Program-made: the position numbers and the translations under genes
From: Fonticula-like sp. SCN 57-25
Lineage: Eukaryota
Length of the DNA: 56,765 nucleotides
Reading direction: 5' to 3'
Assembly (NCBI GenBank): GCA_001724245.1
Contig: MEDX01000020.1
Location: 1-56,765 of the forward strand
Shown: positions 43,801 to 52,403 of the stretch, piece by piece
Layout of the letters: every line of letters begins with the position of its first letter
Position numbering within the stretch: the first letter of the stretch is position 1
Notes under the pieces: generated by a model
Seen by the model: only the letters and a program-made list of their open reading frames with translations
The model's database searches: none
What the model was told of the DNA's origin: nothing

Positions 43801-45380
43801 TCGTGGCGGTTGTGGTGAACGAGGACGACCGAGACCATCGGCTGCTGGCTGTTGGCAACCTGCGGCATGGCGGTGGTGCACGACAGGGGAGCGCCAAGGA
43901 AACCGTCGTGGAGAGAAATCCAACGAGCGCTCAGCTGCTTGGCCGAGTGGCGCGTAGCCGAAGGGGTCGGAAGAACACCCTGCGACAGAACGTTGCTCAC
44001 AGCAGCGGAAAGAGCCGCAGTGCTGTTCGCAGCGAACAGGGCGCCAGTCTCAACGAGCTCAGCAGCGATCGAATCGTGGCGCGAGGCGATCATGGGAATC
44101 TTGGCGAAAGCCAGCTCCAGGGCAAGGGAGCCAGAGTCCTCGACCAGGGAAGGTAGGACGGCAAGACGGCCGGGCGCCTCCTTGAGGTACTGAGAAATAT
44201 CAGCAACAGACTCGAGCTCCAGCACACGAAGGACAAGCGACCAGTGAGCCGAGCGAAGGTCAATGTACTCGTCGCTGCGGAACATCTGGACGGAGCCCGG
44301 GCGACCGAGAAGCGTGATCTTGACGTTCATCTTCTTGAGGGTGGCGTGGAGGGCGTCGACGGTGTCCATGAACACGCTGAGACCGTGCGCGTAGCTGAGA
44401 TCACCAACGTACACGAGCTCGGTAATGCGGGTACCGGCCTGCTTGCTGACGGCAGCAATGGTAGCCGGCAGGTCGGTGATGACAACACCCTTGTTGCTGG
44501 CAACCTTGTAGGAGGCAATCGACGAAACGTGATCAGCGACAACCTTGTCGGCCAGGCGAATGGCCTCGGTGAACATAAAGTCAACCTTGAGGACGTCGCG
44601 GTCGGTCACCATGAGGCTCTGGTCGTTGGCGTTGAGGCGCTGCTCGCGGACGGGCGACTCGGCATCAATGTGGACCACAAAGGTCGCGCGAGAGCAGTAC
44701 AGCACCTGGGACTTGGCGAGAACCGAGTAGTACGCAACCGCGTTGGAAGCGTGGAAGTGCACAATGTCGTACTCGGGGTGCTGCTGGAGCCACAGGTTCA
44801 CCTCGTACGAGAGCGAGATCTTGTCGTTGTTACCATACGTAAGACCGCTCGGGACAAAGCGAATGAGGTTGACGCCACGGGCGGCAAAGGCGGCAGACTC
44901 CTCGGCAAACTGGGGAGACGAAGGACCAACGTAGAGCACGTTGGACTTGAATCCACGGGAGGAGAGCTCAACCGCAAGCTGCTCAAAGTGGCTAGACATG
45001 CGATGACCCTTGTTGAGCGACGCAAAGCCCTCGGTGACGATGAGGACGCTAGCACCGTGAGGCAGATCGGTCAAATCGATCGTCGCATCCTGGCAGTCAT
45101 CGCCGACGAAGCCAAGGTTGCAAACGCAGTTGCCATCATCCGTAAGAATACCATTGTTCGAGCAAGTCGGCAGGCCAATGATAGAAGAGAAAGTACGGCC
45201 AAGGGGGTTGCTCAAAACATTGCGAGGAATAGCAAAGTTACTCATCGCCTGCTCATTGTTCACGATCACGGCGGCGCCGAAAACGGCGACGCAGACAAAA
45301 AGGATGCTAGCAGCGCTCCACAAATAAGTGTTCGCGTGCTGCTGCGCCTTGCGCGGAGCCTCAGCCTGAGGCTTCGCCAT
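37860..45380 (-). CDS. 2506-aa intronless membrane polyprotein: signal anchor - EGF - GT4 - GT2 - Thr-rich stalk - Cys-rich repeats - Ig/TIG-like - REJ-like - GAIN/GPS - TM - PPxY - acidic tail
   Basis: EGF CSNNG...CVCNLGFVGDDC; GT4 AVLPSLVEDSGSLALE; GT2 ILVDDGS, YLGAARNTG, FMDDDD, GFEDYEF; DLCNVCGG/DACGEC; REJ-like FSWTC, GRCQVVSP...FGCFGFSTD; GPS CSFFD...FSNYGC...VVCQCNHLSEFALIV; TM AIAAVAVVGAVGVIGLAIAGFFTL. Confidence 0.88.
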   Translation of the reverse strand: MAKPQAEAPRKAQQHANTYLWSAASILFVCVAVFGAAVIVNNEQAMSNFAIPRNVLSNPLGRTFSSIIGLPTCSNNGILTDDGNCVCNLGFVGDDCQDATIDLTDLPHGASVLIVTEGFASLNKGHRMSSHFEQLAVELSSRGFKSNVLYVGPSSPQFAEESAAFAARGVNLIRFVPSGLTYGNNDKISLSYEVNLWLQQHPEYDIVHFHASNAVAYYSVLAKSQVLYCSRATFVVHIDAESPVREQRLNANDQSLMVTDRDVLKVDFMFTEAIRLADKVVADHVSSIASYKVASNKGVVITDLPATIAAVSKQAGTRITELVYVGDLSYAHGLSVFMDTVDALHATLKKMNVKITLLGRPGSVQMFRSDEYIDLRSAHWSLVLRVLELESVADISQYLKEAPGRLAVLPSLVEDSGSLALELAFAKIPMIASRHDSIAAELVETGALFAANSTAALSAAVSNVLSQGVLPTPSATRHSAKQLSARWISLHDGFLGAPLSCTTAMPQVANSQQPMVSVVLVHHNRHELLKQAIASLEAQTFTNFEVILVDDGSDDPAAITYLNDLSWKWYEERNWKVLREPNRYLGAARNTGARQAKGRFVLFMDDDDFAKPHQIETMLRVALRTQADVVTSGHDLFNGAGVPSSSSVIERYVPVGAASLAGMLENVFGDSAMLVQTDFFRSMHGFSEDYGVGFEDYEFLARVVLRKHNLQTISEPLHWYRAHETSMSMTTDLKANQARFMRAYVQESWQLDEDHQALLQYTRDKFFARDVDRRFAEVTNSTSLITTTAVVTTTEVISTTAAATTTEVVSTTAVVTTTAVVTTTEAATTTAIPTQTEIPCAVGEVFICGACYSANSDILNCKGQCPENPEYFSWTVDCTQTCTNTPVVTDLCNVCGGACTQQSVDDYRDAVKSPFEVNPDCPCQACNGQLFASITRPDLDPETGYDACGECFGFGNSTNCFALISVSPVAIKYNPEHSYFFEVIGGGFNSQSVVFVNGSTDGLTVLRTSMSLMQVQWARAFARPTPLVSFDVYVYDPVSTNTTATTKLTIMSDRTSITSVNVNGAQISTFNVKSYISTSNMMMTVEGDHFFDSQASFGQPTKCWYHLPPAALADPASATAYAASPLVPGNIVFPTVATFTGGNLVCEIAYSSISDYIFVQVAIGNVYNAEAVIPTAGPIEVAVTYFRNAAGIRQANMVDTCSGAVVLFDQAVTIASGTTTSGWIDCDSILNLTSIAPPNAVLPFGSACQSVFLSPTTLFIMSNSSFATATLENGVDTPLTQNSVLTFRENTIKSSVHLYSDFLSGSVVVNPTNSARLPIISLSAPSSVSSCVSTLPISVEATQGLGSLPPTAVEWVIDADQTRAASPVDVEAVIARLTTLFATATANKAQNVVLDNSDGALFVPNAVIVFSVSITNSCGARSTQTQRMAVEAAALPTFTLSASSAMVPSQPRNLVATMVPTPGCTVAAGGFTFLWTLTDITGGGSVPVALTGATSTMVTLPPFTTAVFRSYRATFTATQAGTGLTRVVSKEFTALPGGAMSVTLPNGIATTASAGPFTIVPTISDPSYRGAASLEDTYVFSWTCLSVDGQVCRIDIPSPRVFVTQTTPTFSLDLSTVHPANFPITVRLTLSHRVPAALPYVPVAVSAFQTISLGTPSTAPLSCSMTPSSFAASSASSGITCTSTDGSTETITVSMTGLSLAQYHSPPFSAASFSSPAAVTVANVNNRLVATGSGSSVSFKFGPSTLMAGGAFAVGLNVTRGELSRAFSFGFSLPVGAHAGRCQVVSPAAPATGQATIEQAVFGCFGFSTDALLNTFQINQRLASGALSPLSVPGYGNVFTSNLPAGVTTGVALVTDTAGSAATVVAGDVTMTPVTTSQITGYMNDLISSTTTDPLVVLSAISSLNNVNLADVFTSEELVNLSDFLLRTVPNPDHTQVGPVVANVLAQAAEGLTTIQERRRKRATAGDVTFSDIETFFCGARNIVKSMSETSQALGECYDLATFISSSKIQSSMITAFNLGEFNGTEASNLTSCYTEFVAASCACQTRLLSVGQNPVAFESTDFSLACSLASPTATEFCSSFVGTFTNSSLLPSGGVGVQCGAINANVFTDSFAGNGTSYVNNKFASLSLYDADGTPLDINSNVGASFTFSLELDNTAVSLLQAGSNDTANIVSAVCSFFDASQNAFSNYGCRTVRVDLDVVTGNRVVCQCNHLSEFALIVNSVPRPPEPSTTAGLSTGAIAAVAVVGAVGVIGLAIAGFFTLRRAKARPVDLKTQEALPVVADGSAGVVAGGAIMVPKRDLPPYQAPPTYASHLQNKTAAPVVAATAIRATPSAAAVEDESDYDDDEDESDDEDYEDSDEEEESEDESEDEESEDEDSEDDEEEYDDEEDEDEEEEEESEEESEDDDDAARRRDEVLRQRAQKKQQLAQQDTADSQRDNDLQSLQAAQVAVASSEESEEEEEEEESDSEEEETDSEDEESEDEDESEDEEESEDEEEEESDSEDSE
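42885..43030 (-). repeat. In-frame 18-nt degenerate tandem repeat encoding a TTT[AE][VA][VIA] mucin-like stalk
   Basis: ITTTAVVTTTEVISTTAAATTTEVVSTTAVVTTTAVVTTTEAATTTAIPT. Confidence 0.8.
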
Positions 45381-45690
45381 TACTCAAATAGATCCCTCGT
45401 TGGAAAACGAGAGTGGGAAACTAAAGAGATGGAGGCGACCAGGTGCGTGCACGATGAGGAGCTGGAGTAAAAAGTGAAGAGAACGGTTGGCGCGCCCTGC
45501 AAGATAAGAGGAAAAGACGTCTAACTATACATTAACATGATGTAATATGATGAATCACAATCGAAAAAAAACTAGATGAGACGATTTAGCGTCTATGCAC
45601 ACGCGTTGACCACGCGTTGACTTTACGTCTAGTCTTATCGTCTAATCGCCGGCAATTGACAGGTTGACAGTAACGTGCAAGAAAAGCTTG

Positions 45691-46616
45691 TCAACGCGTA
45701 GTCCGCCCCTGGCGACGCTCAAGCTCATTTTCATACTCGCGCGCTTCGGTTCGCTGAAGGAATGCAGTGCGCTCCAGGTAGCTATGTAAAAAGAGTTAAA
45801 AACGGCCACATCCTGATTCACATCGCCGTACCCATCCTTGTTGTGGCGCGCCAAATCTTCCTTTTCGGAAGTCGTCGACACATGCGCGTCCCAGTCAAGC
45901 TTTGACTTGCCAAGCACGCTCAGTTTCTCCTTCTTGCCAATTCTGAGTTCAGGTGAGATGGGGTGGCCCACGTGATAGGAAAGAGAGGGCCGACGCACTG
46001 AGAAAGGAGGGCGCCAAAGCCGCCCTGGGGTTTGGGTTTCCCCGCAGGCGCGCTACTGCCAGCCGCTGGTCTCGTTACGCTAAAAAACAATTAATGAGAC
46101 TCTTGAAAAAAGCCAGATGGGCCCAAAGTACCTAATCTTTTCACCAGCAAAAATAACTGTCGATTTTGTCTCGGTTTTCGGAGCCGCCGGAGCGGACGGC
46201 GGCGGCGCAGAAGGGGATTCCTTTAATGAGGATAATGCCATGAGTAAAAAAAGTAAAAAGAAAGAGCCGTACCGAGGTTTTCTTAAACTTTTCATAGAGG
46301 TCATCCACCCTCGCCTTCTTACGAGCTTCCTCCTCGGGATCGACACTCTCCAGCCTGAGATCAAAAAAGGCGGATCAAGTTAGGAAATCATTGCCGTAGC
46401 AAAAAAAAGAGTAAAATATTGCGCACGCTCGCTTTTCAGCCTCGGGTTCTCCTTTAAAGCCAAACAATGAGCAAAAAACACTGGAAAGGGAATCGCGGGT
46501 GACGTACCATCATCGGCTTCGCTGTCATCACCATCACTGGGAACGTACTCGTCATCCTCCTCTTCCTCAGAGTCCTCCTCCTCCTCGCGCTTCTTGCTCG
46601 CAGTGCCCTCCGACAT
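45691..46616 (-). CDS. CFDP1: CFDP1/BCNT/Swc5 family protein, multi-exon
   Basis: Acidic N-terminus DSEEEEDDEYVP; BCNT-C KLSVLGKSKLDW...HNKDG^YLERTAFLQRTEAREYENE. Confidence 0.88.
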
Positions 46617-46921
46617 GAGAATTGTCCCGATGATCGCCTTCTTTGCGCAAAAGATCGGTGCTGTGATGTGGACTGATGATGAGATGACGCGTCGGTGGGT
46701 GCAACTTGTCAACTCGAAAGTGAAAGCTTGTTGAGTGTGAGAATGCGGCGTTTGTCTACGTGCGCGACCATCTCTTGTCGCGTGAAAGGGTGCATGTCGC
46801 GTGAAAAGGTGCGCACGAGCAATGGACACGTATAAAATGGCCGTAAGATGTTCATTAAAGTGTTCATTTTAATCACAAAGAACGAGAGCAAGAAGAGCAA
46901 AAGGTTAAAAAGACAAAAAAA

Positions 46922-47559
46922 CTACTCCGCGAGCTTCTTCAACTCCTTCAAGCAGAACTTGAACTCGTCGACGTACTCGGCGTCCGTCCCCTTGGTCGGG
47001 GTCGTGAGCATGATACAACTGGTCGGGCGCTTGGTCGAGCCAGCGGATCCGAGATCCTAAAAAATGCGAGCGATTAGCCAAACCAGTGCCGGCGTAACAG
47101 CGGCGCGAACCTCCTTTGAAGGAACATAAATATACGGCACGTTGTGCTCCTCGCAGAAGACGGGCACATGTGTAATGACGTCGATGGGCGAGATGTCGCC
47201 GGCAAACACCACGAAACTAGGCTTCGGTTAGCATGATTTGAAAGTGTAAATTGGCCCATACCCAGTCTGGTTCTTGCGGAGAGCCTTGACAACCTCCTTC
47301 ACACCGCGGTGGAGCTGCCTTGTTGGCGTGGCTAAGCACAACATCGAAAAGTAAGCACCGAAAAATGTGGCGTGGAGCGCGCGCGCGCACCCTTCTTGAT
47401 CGTCTTCAAAAGCTTGCGGGTGAGCTTCTTCTCCGCGAGCGGCGTGGCGATCTCGCTCAAGTACTTGACGCGCTCCTCATAGGGCACCTCGGCGCGCTCC
47501 GTCTTTGTCTCCTTCGTCGTCTCCGCCTCAGCGGCCGCTGCCTTCTTTTCCTTGCCCAT
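46922..47559 (-). CDS. NHP2: H/ACA snoRNP subunit NHP2, multi-exon
   Basis: IATPLAEKKLTRKLLKTIKK, RGVKEVVK, FAGDISPIDVITHVPVFCEE, LGSAGSTKRPTSC. Confidence 0.95.
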
Positions 47560-47660
47560 CTCGCAAAAGTCTCGCAGGTAGGGAAAGCCACGCGCCTCAA
47601 CTGATGTGCATCAGATAGTTATTAACTTTTCTGATTTGTCCTGATTTGCTCTGATTCGTC

Positions 47661-49256
47661 ATGATGCGTCGGCGGGGCGGAGCAAGCGGGGATGCCAGCG
47701 ATGCCGAGGTAGGCGCGGGCGGCGTCGTGTCTGCCGCGCGCCTCCGCGACTGGCCGCGTGCTGCCGAGCTAGTTGAAGGCATTGGAAGCGAGGAGGCTAC
47801 ACTGCGTTCGACGCTGGAGCTTCTTGACAGCCTGGAGCGCGTCGAGGTGGCGCGCGCGATGAAGCGGCCCACCCGGCTATTCTTCACATGCCTCTTGCCT
47901 ACGGAGCAGGCGATGCTGCTTGAGGAGCTCCCGATTGATCAAGCGCTGGACCTTGTGATGGGGCTTGAGATTGCGACACGCCGCGACATGTACAGCGTGC
48001 TGCCCGCCTCGACGCTGCTCAAGCTGCTGAGCTTTATGCCTTCCAAAAGCGACGAGCACCGGGCCGAGATCGGCGTGATCAAGGGGCTTTTGAGGTTCCC
48101 GCCCGGCAGTGCTGGGTTTATCATGTCGACGCTGCGCGATTCGCACGTTGTACTGATCAGCGACACGGTAGAGTCGGCCGTGCAGGAGGTGCTGCGCCGC
48201 CCCGAGGCCTGGCCCATCGTCCTCGTCGTAGACGAGCTATTTTCCCTGCGCGGCGTTGTGCACGCGGTGGACTTGCTCAAGTGGAGCCGGGAGAGTGACG
48301 CGCGGCCCAGCTCAATCGCCGCCCTGCTCGAGACCAGTGGACGAACCTGCCCGCGACTTCGTGTGGATGCCACACAGCTCGAGGCCGCCCGCCTCCTTCG
48401 CAAGTCGACGTGGCCGTTCGTCCCGGTCGTGGATGCGAGCCGCCGAGGACTCGGAGACGATACGCTCTGTGGCGTGGTCTCTGCCGCCACCGCGCTCGAG
48501 GTCCTTGCCTTGGATAAGGTGGTCTCGCTTCACCGCGCCTCGTCGCTCACCTCGATCGATCAGCCGCAGCCGCGCCCGCGCGCATCGTCCATCATCGGCG
48601 ACAGCGAGACCAATGAAGCGCTCGCAAAGGCGACGACGGTAGCCTCGCAAAAAGCGGATGACAAGCAGTCGGACGACAGCGACGCGGGCGATGGAGCCGT
48701 GGATGCCGGTGGGAACCTCTCGTATGCCGGCGCGACGGTTGCCTCGCTCGTGCGGCGACGCCTGCCGTGGCTCTTTGTGCTTGTGCTCCTCAACATTGCA
48801 TCGACCATGCTGCTCGGCCAGAATGAGGAGCAGCTTGCGAGGCACATTGCCCTGGCTGCCTTTATCCCGCTCGTGGTCGGCATGGGAGGCAATACTGGCA
48901 CGCAGTCCTCGGCGCTCATTGTTGCTGCGCTCGCCACGAGGGACACTCGTCCGCGCGATCTGACCCGCGCGCTCAAAAAGGAAGTCGCGGTTGGCTTGCT
49001 GCTCTCGGTTTCCCTTGCCGCGCTCACGTTTGTTATCGCCGCCTTGCAGGCGCGCAGCGTGGAAATCGGCTTGGTCGTGTCGACAGCCATGGCCGTCATC
49101 GTGATGACTGCAAACCTGCTTGGCGTCGCGCTTCCGTTTACCATCATTGCATTGGGCGGCGACCCGTCGGTGGCATCAAGTCCAGTCCTCACGTCGCTCA
49201 TTGACGTCATCGGCATCACGACGTACCTCGCATCGGCCAACCTCATTCTCGGCTAG
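47661..49256 (+). CDS. mgtE: Bacterial-architecture MgtE Mg2+ transporter (N domain + CBS pair + single TM domain), intronless
   Basis: RFPPGSAGFIMST, CBS VLVVDELFSLRGVV and FVPVVD, VRRRLPWL, FIPLVVGMGGNTGTQS, DPSVASSPVLTSLIDV. Confidence 0.9.
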   Translation: MMRRRGGASGDASDAEVGAGGVVSAARLRDWPRAAELVEGIGSEEATLRSTLELLDSLERVEVARAMKRPTRLFFTCLLPTEQAMLLEELPIDQALDLVMGLEIATRRDMYSVLPASTLLKLLSFMPSKSDEHRAEIGVIKGLLRFPPGSAGFIMSTLRDSHVVLISDTVESAVQEVLRRPEAWPIVLVVDELFSLRGVVHAVDLLKWSRESDARPSSIAALLETSGRTCPRLRVDATQLEAARLLRKSTWPFVPVVDASRRGLGDDTLCGVVSAATALEVLALDKVVSLHRASSLTSIDQPQPRPRASSIIGDSETNEALAKATTVASQKADDKQSDDSDAGDGAVDAGGNLSYAGATVASLVRRRLPWLFVLVLLNIASTMLLGQNEEQLARHIALAAFIPLVVGMGGNTGTQSSALIVAALATRDTRPRDLTRALKKEVAVGLLLSVSLAALTFVIAALQARSVEIGLVVSTAMAVIVMTANLLGVALPFTIIALGGDPSVASSPVLTSLIDVIGITTYLASANLILG

Positions 49257-49444
49257 AGCAAATACCTCTGCATCAAAACACGTGCTGTGTTTGTTCTTGC
49301 TTTTCTTGGCACCGCATCATAGATTTGCTTGCTCTCTTTGCATGTTTTGCATATATATTGTAACCTGCGGCTGTATTCGTATAAATTGAGTATTTTATCC
49401 TTGACTGGGCTCCCTCCGTATGCTTTGCCCAACCCAATTGCGCG

Positions 49445-49456
49445 TTTCGCGCCAAA
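49445..49456. promoter_or_regulatory. Canonical E2F site
   Basis: TTTCGCGCCAAA, 12 nt upstream of ATG 49469. Confidence 0.5.
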
Positions 49457-49468
49457 TTCAATTTGGGC

Positions 49469-50260
49469 ATGGCGGTGGTCCTCGTGTCGTACAGCGCGCC
49501 CACCGAGCTAGCGCGGCTCCTCGAGGAAGCAGGCCTGCGCGTCCGTCGCAACCCTTCCCGCTCAGCCCACGTACATATCCGTTTAGCGTATCCTTGAACT
49601 AAAGCTGGCTACAAAAGGACATTTTCATTCCTAGTGCATCGTTTGGGGTGTTTCTGCTTGCCATGGACGGGCACACGGGGCCCGTGGAGGAGCGTGAAAT
49701 AGAGCGGCTCAAGCAGCAGTACGTTCAATGAACCTTGTTGCAAGTATGTAATACGGTTTAGGGCCGCTGGCACCGGCGCGCGACATAGCCTGGTTGCCTG
49801 CCTGGTGAGGCCAGCGTCCGCCAACAACTTTGGCAGAATGGCGATGGACTGCCTGGTCAGTGGGGCCCCCATGCCGTTCCCTGTAAGCAGCCTCTCGCAG
49901 CTTGTAAGCTGGCTTGCCCCATTGGCTGCGCTATGGGAACCGGCCACCTCCCGCAGCATTGCAGAGCGGTTCAATGATCTAAGCAGCGAGACGGCGTGGA
50001 CAACGTGGGAGGCGCAAAAGCCCAAACTGCTCGCCGAGATGGTCGGTGGGCCAACGGCCGCGCGGCGGCCAGCTAAAGGTGCGCATACAAAGGTGCATTC
50101 TGTGCTAAAGTTGGGTTCAGATTGTGATTCGCTTTTGCATCTCGGCTCTTTGCGGGATATTGCCGCCGCGAGCCCGGCGCTGCTCAGCCTCACGATGCAG
50201 GACGACGAAGCAGCAAGCTCGGTTAAGAGCTTTTTTGAGGAAGACTACCCCGCCTTTTGA
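49469..50260 (+). CDS. ERCC1-like degenerate nuclease fold + HhH2 protein, most similar in pattern to meiotic SPO16/SCRE/PTD, about 4 exons
   Basis: Spliced: MAVVLVSYSAPTELARLLEEAGLRVR...^DIFIPSASFGVFLL...PFPVSSLSQLVSWL...^DCDSLLHLGSLRDIAAASPALLSLTMQDDEAASSVKSFFEED. Confidence 0.55.
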
Positions 50261-50312
50261 ACGATGCACATGTATCCGTAAGCAATATATTTGAAAAACA
50301 TACTCAAAATAT

Positions 50313-51589
50313 CTAACATTGGCGCTTGTTGCTCTCCGCCGCCTCCTCGTTGTCCTCGTCCTCCTCGGCCTTGGCCGCGCGGTTTGTCGACTTGGCAAAC
50401 TTGCGCAGCTGGCGGTACAGGAAGAGCTCGGGCATGCGGTCCACCTGCAGGTCGCATTGTGTGTTGAGGGTGGTAGTGGCGCTGTCGTCCTGCACGACTT
50501 CGCCCGTGGCCACGTCAAAGAGTGTCACGAGCGTGCTGGCCGACTCCCAGGCGACCAAAAGACGCCCGGGCGCAGTGAACTCGATGGCGGTCGGGTTGGC
50601 CTTTGCGTCAGCGCCCGGCCCGCTCAGCACGCGCAGCGGCACGAGATTGCCGCCCTTGATCGAGAGCAGGAGCACGCCAGGGACGCCCTCCAGCGCGGTC
50701 GCAACGAACCCGTTCGCGTCGCTGGCAATGGCGAGCACATCGGCCACGACCTCGCCAGAGTCCGACGCGGTCACCGGCAGATGCTCCGCCAAGTCGACCG
50801 AGTGAAGCTTGGTGCCGTTCAGGTAGTCCCAGAGGATGAGCGCGCCGTCGCCGCCGCCGCTCAGCAGGAGCTTGGGGTCAGAGGTCGGCAGGTGAATGCG
50901 CGTCACAAACCTAAAGAGATGGTGTGAGACAGGAGTTGCGCCACAAGATGCGCGCACTGTGTGTGGCCAAGGCAGTAAGACTGGATAATGTAGCCCTTGG
51001 GGAAGCGCGAAACGCGGATCTTTTCATCGCGATCGGCCGTGATCACGTAAGTGCCCGAGGGGCTGAGAGCCTAGAGACCGAGGTTAGCGACCACGCGCCT
51101 GTACTTTGCCCATCGCACCATATCTGTAATGAGGGAAAGGTGGCCAAGGACCGACTTTGAGTCCTCGTCGGCCGCCGGCGCAGGCGCGGGGGCATCGAGG
51201 GCCAGGGCAAACACATCGCCAAACTTGTCGGCGATCACGAGCTGCTTGGCATCGGGCGTAAAGGACAGCGCGGTCGGGCGCTTGCCCGAGCGGTGCTGCC
51301 AGTTGCACGTCCAATGCTGCGTGTCCCACACGCGGATCGACTTGTCGTCGGCGGTGGTGGCGAGCAGGCCGCCGTCGCGGCTAAAGGTGGCCGCCGTGAT
51401 ACGCTCCGCGTGGCCTTCGGCGATGCGGAGGCAGTCCGCGGGGCGAGCGACCTCCGCCGCCGGCGCTGTCGTCGCAAGCACCTTGCCCGTGGCGGTGCTC
51501 ACGACGTCGAAATGCCGACCGCGAAGAAGGACTAGAAAGCGGCGCGCATCATTCGCAACAAGCTGCGTGACCGGATGCCGCACAGACAT
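50313..51589 (-). CDS. WDR4: tRNA (guanine-N7)-methyltransferase non-catalytic WD40 subunit, multi-exon
   Basis: [70 protein letters not shown]. Confidence 0.93.
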
Positions 51590-52403
51590 CGTGGGAGGGT
51601 CGATGATTGGTGATTTTTTTGCGATTTGCCTCGGTTTCGAGGGAAATTTATCTATTGTGCTGCCATTGTGTGTGTGTCGCGAATGGAATGGAAAGGGTGC
51701 TATGTATGTAAAGGCGCAGAGAATGGATAGGTGTATGTTGTCTACGGAAACAGGCAAGTCAAAAAGTTCGCTTTTTCGTCATTAAAAGAAGGCATAATAC
51801 TCAATGATAGATAAATCGTTGAAATTGATGCGGTTGAGCCGTCGCCGTATATTAGGCTGTGCAAGAGCAGCATACTACACCAGAGCCCCGTATATATTAC
51901 CTATCGCTGCATTTATAAAAGCTGTATTGCTGAATATCTCTTATGAGCTAGGTGATAAAACAGGCCATACAGGCCAGGCTTCTCCCGCTTTGGTCATATG
52001 ACTAACGGGAAAAAGTAAGACTCTAGACGCGAGTACACTATGCCCGTCCATTCTGGGGTCCACACACCGGGTGCCTCGAATGACCATTTTTGAATATGAA
52101 ATGAATTAACATACCACTTGCATCTTAAAATGCACAAACGCCAATGCATATTCTCGATTTGAGTGAGATTTGATATGGCGAAAATTTCAACCTTTTGCTG
52201 CACGCGGTTTACCCAAATAAACTCAAAAGCTCAGACACTGGTAAAGTTCTTCAAAACAAGAGCTTTACAAAAATGCTAAATTTACAGCCAAGCGAGACCA
52301 AGCGAGACGTGCAGAGTCATTCTTATGCAGCAAGAAAATGGCATGCAAAATCAATAACCAACCAATCAAATCTCGAGGAGGTGTTTTCCCGGTTGCCTTG
52401 ACG

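Noticed and set aside
38442-44156. 1904-aa ORF antisense to the giant GT-REJ-GAIN gene
   Set aside because: Codon-register mirror of a strongly biased sense gene that avoids TTA/CTA/TCA codons; G/R-rich translation with no recognisable motifs.
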